Assembly: GCF_006345805.1 (NCBI RefSeq)
Contig: NC_043011.1
Span: 36,034,464-36,098,463, forward strand
Source: Octopus sinensis
Lineage: Eukaryota
DNA: 64,000 nt
Reading direction: 5' to 3'
Part shown: piece by piece, positions 54,082 through 64,000 of the stretch
Layout of the letters: each line of letters starts with the position of its first letter
How positions within the stretch are numbered: position 1 is the first letter of the stretch
Notes under the pieces: model-generated
Database searches by the model: none
Told to the model about the DNA's origin: nothing
The model's input: the letters and a program-made list of their open reading frames with translations, nothing else
Program-made: the position numbers and the translations under genes

Positions 54082-54360
54082 AGCCTTAAACTAATAATAC
54101 ACCTGCTTGTTGTTCCTACACTTCACTCATCTTTTGTTTTCTGTAAATTTAAACTATATATATTTGCCATGATAGTTCGCTAGCCACTAAACCATTTCTG
54201 TTTTCTCTCCTTGTTTATTTCTGTGTTCCTTTCTGTCGAAGAGCATAGGCTCGAAACGTAAAAAACATTCTCACTTTCTGAGTGTTAAACTAATACATCT
54301 GTTTGTTGTTTACACACCCGTCTTTGTCTTTTGTTTTTTGTAAATTCTCACTATATATAT
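54082..54360 (+). mobile_element. Terminally redundant Penelope-type element with hammerhead motif (199-bp period)
   Basis: TTAAACTAAT...CTATATATAT repeated at 54086 and 54285; CTGTCGA-A-GAGC(ATAG)GCTC-GAAACGTA at 54233-54260. Confidence 0.75.
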
Positions 54361-54410
54361 ATATATGTATTGAAACTGCAATGCTACAACCATGACTCCA
54401 CTGCCCTAAC

Positions 54411-54736
54411 CAGTGGACTTGCAGTTGTAGGATCACAGTTTCAATTCCCAGACCAGGCGTTGTGAGTGTTTATTGAGTGAAAATACCTAAAGCTCCATGA
54501 GGCTCTGGCGGGGGGTAGTGGCAAACCCTGCAGTACTCTTTCACCACAACCTTCTCTCACTCTTTTTTCTTGTTTCTGTTGCATCTGTATTTGAAAGGGC
54601 CAGCCTTGTCACATTCTGTGTCATGCTGAATCTCCCCGAGAACATCGTTAAAGGTATGTGTGTCTGTGGAGTGTTCAGCCACTTGCACATTAATTTCACG
54701 AGCAGGAATCCTTGTCATCATAACTGACAGAGTGCC
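54411..54736 (+). mobile_element. Family-D SINE, 5' truncated
   Basis: Homologous to 51471-51851. Confidence 0.85.
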
Positions 54737-54847
54737 TTAACGATATATATATATAAATTTATAAATAAGGATAATATCGATATTAAAATATCGATATTAT
54801 CGAGTGGTCAGCATGGGAATAAACACCATACAAAGGTAATAATTTTT

Positions 54848-55130
54848 TACAACTATAAATAAGGGTATCTGAGAGACACCACCCTGCCGAAATAGCAGTC
54901 AAATCCCTGACTCTAAAAACCACCTTAAATGTTCATATTGCATCATGAGATAAGACAGAGAGACAAAATACACTAACAAAAAGTATTCAGTAATATCTTT
55001 TTGCTAGTCTATTTTGTCTCTCTGTCTTATCTCATGGTGCGATATGAACATTTATGGTGGTTTTTAGAGTCAGGGATTTGACTGCTATTTCGGCATGGTG
55101 GTGTCTCTCAGATACCCTTATTTATAGTTG

Positions 55131-55132
<2 letters not shown>
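54848..55132. mobile_element. 285-bp near-perfect palindrome (foldback MITE), TA-flanked
   Basis: TACAACTATAAATAAGGGTATCTGAGAGACACC is mirrored at the right end; arms of about 140 bp with roughly six mismatches and a CAGT loop. Confidence 0.9.
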
Positions 55133-55191
<59 letters not shown>

Positions 55192-55456
55192 TATATAATA
55201 TATATATATATAATATATATATATATAATTTAATTAAAATTCAGTAAATGGAGATATAGCATTAATATAATTCATTAACTGCAAAAACTCAACATGTTCT
55301 CTTACAGCTGTTTGGATTTTGCCCAAAGAATTAGATTGCAGTAATTAAAAGATTTTATTGAGCAAAATCTCTGTTGAAATGTTTTGGAAGAATAACATCT
55401 AATAACTTAATGGCATGTCTTTTTTACTCCTCTAATAAGATTTTCCTTAATAAAAT

Positions 55457-55491
<35 letters not shown>

Positions 55492-56160
55492 GCCAATGAA
55501 AGATGGTAGGTGGAATATACGAGAATTTGTTATTAATCACGACAATTGTTTCTGCACATCTAGCATCAATTCCCCATGGGCAGGACACTCAACAACTGGT
55601 TCAGGAGCATCCAGTGGTGCAGATGTATCTCATCGGGTACAACACGTTAAAATAACTGTTCTGCAATGTAACTTCCTGTTTTGTGGAAAGAAAAGCAGCT
55701 AAACAGAGGAAATATCTTCCTTTATATAGAAGATCAAAAATAAAATCACGGATGGCAAATAAAGAAATGAAAACATAATCCAGTGAGAAAAGTATTAAAA
55801 ATAACTGTAAACAAATTAACAAATATGGATGTTTATATATATATATATAAGGTAACTCAGGTAACTGGGAAAACTCCGACATAAAACCTGCGGCTCGGTG
55901 GTTACCGATAATGTTGACTTGTTCTTCTTTTCGGATTATGGCTACTGTTGCTTAGTGAGTGGGATTCACTCAGTGCACAGCCTTTCCTCACTTTAAAAAA
56001 AATCTTCTTGCACAACCGTTGCACGATAACAACATTGATTAAGCTTCATGCAATGGCCATACTCGATAATGAGGGGGCAGCGACCATGTATGTATGTATG
56101 TATGTATGTACGTATGTATGTATGTATGTATGTATGTATGCATGTATGTATGTATATATA

Positions 56161-56195
56161 TTGGGTTATCCCATAAATAATGCGGTTTTTCAATT
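56161..56195. mobile_element. Solo mariner-like TIR
   Basis: TA then TTGGGTTATCCCATAAATAATGCGGTTTTT; no partner found. Confidence 0.4.
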
Positions 56196-57082
56196 GCATG
56201 ACCAAAAAGTTGGAGGGAGGATGGGATAGACTACCCGTATCAACTTGCAAATTTGAGACTAGAGTGTAGATTACATACATACATACATACATATATATCA
56301 TCATCATCATCATCATCATCGTTTAGCGTCCGTTTTCCATGCTAGCATGGGTTATATATATATATATATTTCTTATTTACCTTATTTTATCCACCCTAGA
56401 ATGATGAAAGGTAAAGTTGAGATTGTGAAGATCTGAACACAGGTTGTATAATGTCACTATGCGAGATAATAATGTTATTGAGAATGTGACAGTATTTTTT
56501 TAATATGCATGTGTGTGTGTGTGTAGTGTGGGCTGTACATTGTGTGTGGCTACATGTATGGAAGTGGTTGCAATGACTCACTTTTATTATTAGATTTATG
56601 ATATCTATGTATGTTTACACAAAACAAAAAAAATAACATACACACGTACCCTTTCAATAACTATGTAACAAAACAGAAAAGAATTATGAAAAAACACATT
56701 TTTTTAATAAAGTAATTGAAACCCCTCACTCTCTCCTACAATACCAATGCTACCAAAAACAGAGTTAGACAAAAAAAAAACAGTTAAATAAAAAAGAAAT
56801 TGAAAATCTAAAATCCACATGTGTGCAATTTGAATTAGTTTAGAATATCTATCAAATTTAGTCTCAAAATATTGACAGTTATATTTATACCGAAATTCCA
56901 AGAGAAACTAGACATGAATTTGCAATTGTCTCAAGGAGTGCTATAGTAGTAATCCAATTGGTGGTGGAGTTGGTTTATATGATATTGTATGAATCGGTTT
57001 ATGATGAATATTCAAACATTGAACAACACTAGCTATAACATTTTGTCTCAAAAGAGAAACTTATCCAAGAAATTTGTGAGTT

Positions 57083-57133
<51 letters not shown>

Positions 57134-57617
57134 CACTCTGTGTTTTATAAGTCTTTTCAAGAAGTTTCTCTCAGACAAAATATTACAGCAAGCACTGTTG
57201 TAAATTTACACACACACACACACATATATATCAGTATGTATGTATGTACATATACGTCAATAATAAAGCTGCAAAGACATCACAAAAACTGTTAGAGAAA
57301 CTCTGAGTTCTATTTTTTCCTCTTTGCATTGCTATAACTGTATATGCATAAATATACAGTATGTGTATATATATATATATAATTTCAGCAAAACAATTAA
57401 GATTCAAATGAATTCAAATGAATATGGTACTTAACTTAGATGCACCAGAATTCTTTATGGTATTAACCGTAAAATTATGTGGGGTGATTATAACCAAGAA
57501 AAAAGCAACAAGAATGGATTGGTAGTTTAGTACAATTGTTTCATACTATAAACATTTTATTTAAAGCTGCAAATATCACAGCAAATATAATAATCAGCGA
57601 CAGCTTTTAGTCTTATA

Positions 57618-58045
57618 TCTATAAGATTGCCATATTAACATGGCGATAACAATTAATTTCCAGTAACACTGTCGTAATCTCTTTTAGAGAGACTTAGTAA
57701 TTTTAATAATTCTATTATTGAAAACAAGTGAATGTATTCCACCGAGAATAGGTAAATAGAACCTTCGAACAGAGACGATCAGTGGCGACACCTGCTGAGT
57801 CGACTACGCTACATTGACAAGGGGCAAATACTCTGAAACACGTCTGTAGCTGTCTGACTAGCAGTGTGAAGCAGCTGACCTCCCTTGTTCGAAGGTTCTA
57901 ATGGATACAGTTTGTGTGTCATATAGCTATCTTAAGGCGATGGCCTCTATAAGATTGCCATATTAATATGGCGATAACAATTAATTTCCAGTAACGCTGT
58001 CGTAATCTCTTTTAGAGAGACTTAGTAATTTTAATATTTCTATTA
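57618..58045 (+). mobile_element. Retrozyme-like or PLE-derived unit: 328-nt monomer plus 100-bp terminal redundancy
   Basis: Direct repeats at 57618-57717 and 57946-58045; 15-bp inverted repeat at 57757-57771 and 57886-57900 enclosing an HHR scaffold. Confidence 0.8.
57808..57850 (+). ncRNA. Decayed minimal type I hammerhead ribozyme
   Basis: GCUACA-uUGACaA-GGGG(CAAAUA)CUCU-GAA-ACACG-UC^UGUAGC: perfect 6-bp stem I; core and stem deviations are transitions, most at inferred CpG sites. Confidence 0.7.
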
Positions 58046-58109
58046 CATATATATATATATGCTAGCATGGAGAACGGACGTTAAACGATATATATCAAAA
58101 TCTAATTCA

Positions 58110-58650
58110 TTGACTGGCATCCATGCTAGCGGGGTGCAAAGAGCACCATACGAATGTGATCATTGACAGAGCAGCTAACCGGCTTCCGTGCCAGTGGTAC
58201 ATAAAAGGCACCATTCGAGTGTGATCGTTACAAGCATCGCCTTACTGGCAATTGAGCCCCGTGCCAGTATGGTGCTAAGATCACCATCCGAGCATGATCG
58301 TTGCCAGAGCAGCTAACTGGCCTCTGTACCGGTGGCATGTAAAAGGCACCATTCGAGCGTGATCGCTACCAGCATCGCCTTACCGGCACCTGTGCCGGTG
58401 GCATGTGTAAAAAGATTTGAGCGAGGTCATTGCCAGTACCGCCTGACTGGCCCCCATGCCGGTGGCACGTAAAAACACCCACTACACTCTGGGAGTGGTT
58501 GGCATTAGGAAGGGCATCCAGCTCTAGAAACTCTGCCAGATCAAAATTGAAGCCTAGTGCAGACATCTGGTTCACCAGCCCTCAGTCAAATCGTCCAACC
58601 CATGATAGCATGGAAAGTGCACATTAAACGATGATGATGATGATAATGAT
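58110..58650 (+). mobile_element. Family-C SINE with internal repeats of about 65-73 bp
   Basis: GCACCAT.CGA.TGTGATC units; tail TTAAACGATGATGATG. Confidence 0.85.
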
Positions 58651-59080
58651 ATATAGTAAATGATATTCCCATTGCTATATTAATCTAATGCTGCTTCAAG
58701 TGTGTATACTTATTTACTTAGTTTCTGATTTGTAATGTTAACTATCATGGTTTAGTAGGTTTATATACAGGCACATATGCACGTATACATACTTACACTC
58801 TTAATTGGTCACTGTTATTAGACAGTGTCCACACAGGACACTGCTTTGTAGATCATAGTCATTTACAAGTTACTAGTTCTAATTTTATTGACCTCAGAAA
58901 GATGAAAAGCAGTGTTGGCCTTGGTAGGATTCGTTATAACATATTCAGTCTATTATTCCAGGAAGTCTATGAAACAGACTAAATAACATACACATGATGG
59001 ACCCCTCCATTCAAGATCACCACATGAACATGTAATTGTTCAGTCGACTGAACAATTTATTCATTGAATTAGCATGCACG

Positions 59081-59183
59081 GTACTAGCTACGGCGGTACA
59101 TATTCTAAAATTGGAACAATACAGAGATTAGCATGGCCCCTGCACAAGGATGACATGCAAATTCGTGAAGCGTTCTATATATT
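59081..59183 (+). pseudogene. U6: U6 snRNA pseudogene or variant, near full length
   Basis: GTACTAGCTACGGCGGTACATATTCTAAAATTGGAACAATACAGAG-ATTAGCATGGCCCCTGCACAAGGATGACATGCAAATTCGTGAAGCGTTC aligns along the whole canonical U6; 3-nt deletion after ACAGAGA, three CpG transitions, no T-run terminator. Confidence 0.93.
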
Positions 59184-59185
59184 CT

Positions 59186-59613
59186 AGTCATAGGAGTGGC
59201 TGTGTGGTAAGTAGCTTGCTTACCAACCACATAGTTCCAGGTTCAGTCCCACTGTGTGGCACCTTGGGTAAGTGTCTTCTACTATAGCCTCGGGCCGACC
59301 AAAGCCTTATGAGTGGATTTGGTAGACGCAAACTGAAAGAAGCCCGTTGTATATATGTATATGTATATATATACATGTATGTGTGTGTATAAGTTTGTGT
59401 GTCTGTCCCCCCCCCCCCCAAACGTCAATTGACAACCGATGTTGGTGTGTCTGCGTCCCCATCACTTAGCGGTTCGGCAAAAGAGACCGATAAAATAAGT
59501 ACTAGGCTTAGAAAGAATACGTCCTGGGTTCGATTTGCTCGACTGAAGGCGGTGCTCCAGCATGGCCACAGTCAAATGACTGAAACAAGTAAAAGAGTAA
59601 AAGAGTAAAAAAA
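59186..59613 (+). mobile_element. Family-A SINE, full length
   Basis: Head, microsatellite, tail. Confidence 0.9.
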
Positions 59614-60187
59614 AAGAGGTAGCTGAGCATTCCACTGGTATGTTGTACCTTTCGAACAGGGTACATGCTCCAGTGGAATACTCTGTAAGTAACATATATG
59701 TAAATAAGAATGTTAAAATTATACATCTTAAATCTTATTATCATTATTCATTTAAATTCAAAGCTAATCATAAATAATTTCTTTAAATTCACTGTGAATA
59801 ATAAATCAAAATTTGTTGCTAAAAAACTATTTTATCACAAGATTTTCAAAAGATATTGCAGTAATGAAATATTAGAGATAATTTACAACTCTTTAGTTTT
59901 ATTTGTATAGACTTTTATTACGATCATTATTTTAATTACAATATTCTGCTGTACTGTATATATATAAATTTAAATGTGGCAAAATACTAAAAGCTGTAAA
60001 TTATAGATTGATAGAAGAACAGTGTGGGTTATTTAATATGTTGATCACAGTTATAAAGTAGCACCAGAAAAATATTAACCCTTATCATGAAAATATAAAA
60101 GCGAGAATTATATTGTCAATCCTCCACAATTAGACATACACTAATGAATAAAGAAGCCGACATATATTAAATGTTAATAACATTTAC

Positions 60188-60294
60188 TGTCGGTCTTGTA
60201 CTTGGAGATGTTTATCTGTTCTTCATTATCAGCAAAGATGTCTTTTCTCAAAGCTAAGCACCATAAGATCAAAAAGACTTTTTCTTCTTCACAC
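60188..60294 (-). CDS. Candidate internal coding exon (CEEEKVFLILWCLALRKDIFADNEEQINISKYKTD)
   Basis: CAGCAG acceptor and A|GTAAAT donor; 107 bp with exactly one open frame. Confidence 0.4.
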
Positions 60295-60371
60295 CTGCTG
60301 TTTATACTCAACTAACTTAGCTTTGAAGAGCAATACTTCATAGTTTCACTGTTATTGGAAAAGTTGCTTAA

Positions 60372-60592
60372 CCCTTTAGTGTTTAAACTGGCCAAATCCG
60401 GCCCAATATATTCTACATGTTTTATATTTGAACTAGCCATATCTAGCCTCTCACACCTAACCTACAGTGACATTCTAAAAATAAATATTCACATCATTGA
60501 AACCTCAAAGCTATAAGGTAATGCATGATTAATTCAAAACAATTTAAATAAATAAGCATTACATTTAACAGAGTAATCTGAACACTAAAGGG
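60372..60592. mobile_element. piggyBac-type MITE
   Basis: TTAA at 60368-60371 and 60593-60596; 12-bp TIR CCCTTTAGTGTT; a partial second copy at about 60716-60810. Confidence 0.88.
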
Positions 60593-60849
60593 TTAAATGT
60601 AAGTAACTCATGTTTGGGAAGACAAGAAAAACATCATTGTCTTAGATACAATTGAAAATAAATCACAGATACGTTTTTGGAGATGGGATTAGGATTAGGA
60701 TTAACAAAATTACTTTAACACTTTAGCATCTAAACCAGTTGTATCCAGCCAAAATATTCTGCTTCTTTGAAGTTCAAACTGGCCAGATCCAACATCTCAT
60801 AACTCACTCTATAACAGGTCGGCAAACCAAATGAGGGTAAAAATGAAAT

Positions 60850-61810
60850 TCATGTGGATTATGAGGACTCATTAGGCATAACTGGGCAATGGGATCAGTG
60901 GATGTTCTGCTTTAGAAATCTTTAGAGGATTAGTGGTGAGGAAGGGCGATTAGTGGTGAGGAAGTGCAAGGATGTTCTTGGGGAGATTCTAGGCACTGAC
61001 GAAAATGAACTCCAGAAAGTTCCAGAGGACTTCCCAGTCTGGAACTACTATGGATAATTTCCAGATGTCCTTGGCCTGGCAGTACTACTGAAGGGCACTG
61101 CTGGTGTGAGATAAACTCTACAGACACGGACTTGTCCAAGGTGCATGCAGATTGATGAAACCATTCTGCACACACTCGTCCAGTGTCTGGGTATTGCTGA
61201 CCTGTGAGTTTATGTCAAACAACTGTTGTCACATGTGTGACGGATCCATCTGTCAGCTGAGTCTGATGATTTCCCCATCACTCACCTTCAATTAGGGACA
61301 CAAGACAGTTTTCCTTTGCTTGGTGGCTGTGGTGAAAGAGGTTGTTTGGTGGACATTCCTCTTTGGAAGAGCTTTCATTGACTTCATCAAGTTTCATTTC
61401 AAAAGGACATTGAGAGTGGAGATTGAAGTGTTGTCCTCGTGTGAGGTTATTGAAAGGTGGATGAAAGTTGCGAAAATGGCAAGAGTGGATGGTACCTCTC
61501 CCAGTATGGACCTATAAGTAAGAGAGAAGGAATTGGAGAGAGCACTTGCTCTTGGAGTTCAGGGAAATCTCAGACAGTGGGGTTCCTTGACTATCCAAAG
61601 ATGTCTTCCTGTATCAGGAAGGCCACATCTCTATCACCCTTCCCACCATCATTTTTTAAAAACATCTTTGTATGCAATGTATATGTCCCTTCTTTTTCAG
61701 TGTATACCGTGTATACTTCTTTTTTTTTATCATATCATTATATGTAAACCCCCACAATTTATGTCTGTCTTTCTGTTATACCCTTCATTCTTTGTCCTTC
61801 TGGCAAATAA
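60850..61810 (+). mobile_element. L1/Tx1-like LINE 3' fragment (ORF2 C-terminus and 3'UTR)
   Basis: CPRCMQIDETILHTLVQC zinc finger at 61133-61186; downstream VAVVKEVVWWT...FIKFHFKRTLRVE; ends AAATAAATAAT. Confidence 0.8.
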
Positions 61811-61843
61811 ATAATATCATTATAATTATTATTATTGTTACTC

Positions 61844-61909
<66 letters not shown>

Positions 61910-61971
61910 TTATTATTATTATTATTATCATTATTATTATTATTATCATCATCATTATTATTATGATTAAA

Positions 61972-62184
61972 GGTGGCAAGCTGGCAGAATTGTTAGCATG
62001 CTGGGCGAAATGCTTAGTAGAATTTCATCTGCAGCTATGTTCTGAGTTTAAATTTCACAGAGGTTGACTTTGCCTTTCATTCTTTTGGGGTTGATGAAAT
62101 AAGTACCGGTTACACATTGGGTTTGATGCAATCGACTTAATTCCTTTCCCCAAATTTGATGCCTTGTACTTCTAGTAGAAAGGA
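61972..62184 (+). mobile_element. Family-B SINE variant, strongly CpG-decayed
   Basis: GGTGGCAAGCTGGCAGAATTGTTAGCATGC...GAGGTTGACTTTGCC. Confidence 0.85.
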
Positions 62185-62249
62185 TTATTATTATTATTAT
62201 TATTATTATTACTACTACTACTACTATTATCATTATTATTGCCTTTGCA

Positions 62250-62287
<38 letters not shown>

Positions 62288-62491
62288 CTTCCCCCAAATT
62301 TGATGCCTTGTACTTCTAGTAGAAAGGATTATTATTACTACTACTACTACTACTACTACTATACTACTACTACTACTACTACTACTATTATCATTATTAT
62401 TGCCTTTGCACAGCTTCTAATGCTGGAGATGTACTACAGTATCAGCTGTTCACTACCAGTGAACTAAGTTAATTATTTATTATTATTATTA

Positions 62492-62538
<47 letters not shown>

Positions 62539-62721
62539 CTTCCCCCAAATTTGATGCCTTGTACTTCTAGTAGAAAGGATTATTACTACTACTACTACTA
62601 CTACTAGATACTACTACTACTACTATTATCATTATTATTGCCTTTGCACAGCTTCTAATGCTGGAGATGTACTACAGTATCAGCTGTTCACTACCAGTGA
62701 ACTAAGTTAATTATTTATTAC

Positions 62722-62756
<35 letters not shown>

Positions 62757-62960
62757 TATTATTATTATTATTCCTTCCCCCAAATTTGATGCCTTGTACT
62801 TCTAGTAGAAAGGATTATTACTACTACTACTACTACTACTACTACTAGATACTACTACTACTACTACTACTACTACTATCATTATTATTGCCTTTGCACA
62901 GCTTCTAATGCTGGAGATGAACTACAGTGTCAGCTGTTCACTACCAGTGAACTAAGTGAT
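62142..62960. repeat. Tandem array of about 240-bp chimeric units
   Basis: Unit = CCCCAAATTTGATGCCTTGTACTTCTAGTAGAAAGG + (ATT/ACT)n + GCCTTTGCACAGCTTCTAATGCTGGAGATG...GTGAACTAAG + (ATT)n; four copies, the first lacking most of the second module. Confidence 0.92.
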
Positions 62961-63352
62961 GATTAATATTATTATTATTATAATATTAAAATTTAATCTG
63001 AAGTGTAAATGTGTTATCCCTTTGAGCAAAGAACATGCTTAAAATGTACATCTTTCTGTTCTATTTATCAGATACAACTTGTTGTCAATGGATTAAATAC
63101 ATTCTGCAATATTGGTAATATCAGAAAGGCTATAACACCACCTTTATTGTCAAGATGATGCATGAATGTGTATATATGTTTTTCATGGTTTATTTCTTTT
63201 TTCGGGTGATGAATGACAACGATTTCCTTATAAAAATAATAAATTTAGACAACCAGGCTTTGTCACATGTTTTTTAGAAACTGGTTGGTTTTGTCATTCA
63301 CCAAAGACTCAGAAGTCAAATTCTTATCCATACACATAAAACGTATCTAGTC

Positions 63353-63600
63353 CACACTGTAAAGTGGTTGGCATTTGGAAGGGCATCCAGCTGTAAAAAA
63401 AACCATGACAAAATTGACCTCGCCTGTGGTAGTGCCACATGAAATGCATTCACTCCACTCTGCAGAGTATCTGGTGTTAGGAAGGGCATCCACCGGTAAA
63501 AACCCTGCCAAAACGGTCACAGTAGCCTGGGGGTTGTCTACTACCTGGCTGGCTCCTGTCAAACCGTCCAACCCATGCCTTCAAGGAATGCAGATGCTAA

Positions 63601-63604
<4 letters not shown>
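63353..63604 (+). mobile_element. Family-C SINE 3' part
   Basis: GGAAGGGCATCC occurs twice; GTCAAACCGTCCAACCCATGC; followed by (GAT)n. Confidence 0.75.
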
Positions 63605-63659
<55 letters not shown>

Positions 63660-63672
63660 GATGATGATGATG

Positions 63673-63704
<32 letters not shown>

Positions 63705-63705
63705 T

Positions 63706-63755
<50 letters not shown>

Positions 63756-63765
63756 ATGATGATGA
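63600..63765. repeat. (GAT)n microsatellite
   Basis: Seen directly. Confidence 0.97.
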
Positions 63766-64000
63766 CCTCGTCTGTGTGAAAAGGATTTTTAAGGGGCACA
63801 AAACCATACATGTTACAGGGGTAAAGCAAAGTAGGTGAAGTCTATCTAAGATACAAAGGACAATTGTGATTATTATATTTATAGAAACATTGCATTCATT
63901 TACATACATATTTTTATGTACTTTTAATGGAAAAATGTATTGTTTTTGAAAATCGATATCATTAAATATGTAAAAGTTATGTGTTACTTGATAAAATATT

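Noticed and set aside
62142-62960. Repeat-spacer-like array as a CRISPR
   Set aside because: The spacers are microsatellites and the repeats are retroelement ends; eukaryotic context and no cas genes.
63072-63114. Plus-strand 43-bp AG/GT-bounded micro-exon (similar cases at 55298 and 56879)
   Set aside because: Too short to separate from chance; noted only because it leaves the host-gene strand uncertain.
61672-63829. Poly-T, I, Y, D and M ORFs
   Set aside because: Trinucleotide microsatellites next to SINE and LINE tails.

Overview
AT-rich, repeat-saturated eukaryotic DNA. Its SINE, LINE and MITE repertoire looks like an octopus (coleoid cephalopod) genome; this is recognition from memory, not a database search. 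No intact long gene, prokaryotic feature or CRISPR array is present, and most ORFs in the track are translations of (TA)n, (TG)n, (TAA)n or (GAT)n microsatellites or SINEs. The window holds at least five SINE families, L1/Tx1, RTE, R4/Dong-like and Penelope-like relics, mariner, Tigger, piggyBac, Merlin-like and Helitron elements, foldback MITEs and a U6 snRNA pseudogene. The best leads are small non-autonomous elements carrying hammerhead ribozyme (HHR) motifs: an apparently non-circularly permuted HHR with a perfect catalytic core (32512-32576, minus), a two-copy family with a shared A6U core variant (27194-27231 and 54229-54266), and a 328-nt terminally redundant retrozyme-like unit with a CpG-decayed HHR (57618-58045). 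From about 37 kb onward many repeats are CpG-depleted, which suggests a methylated gene body with a few candidate minus-strand exons of an unidentified gene.
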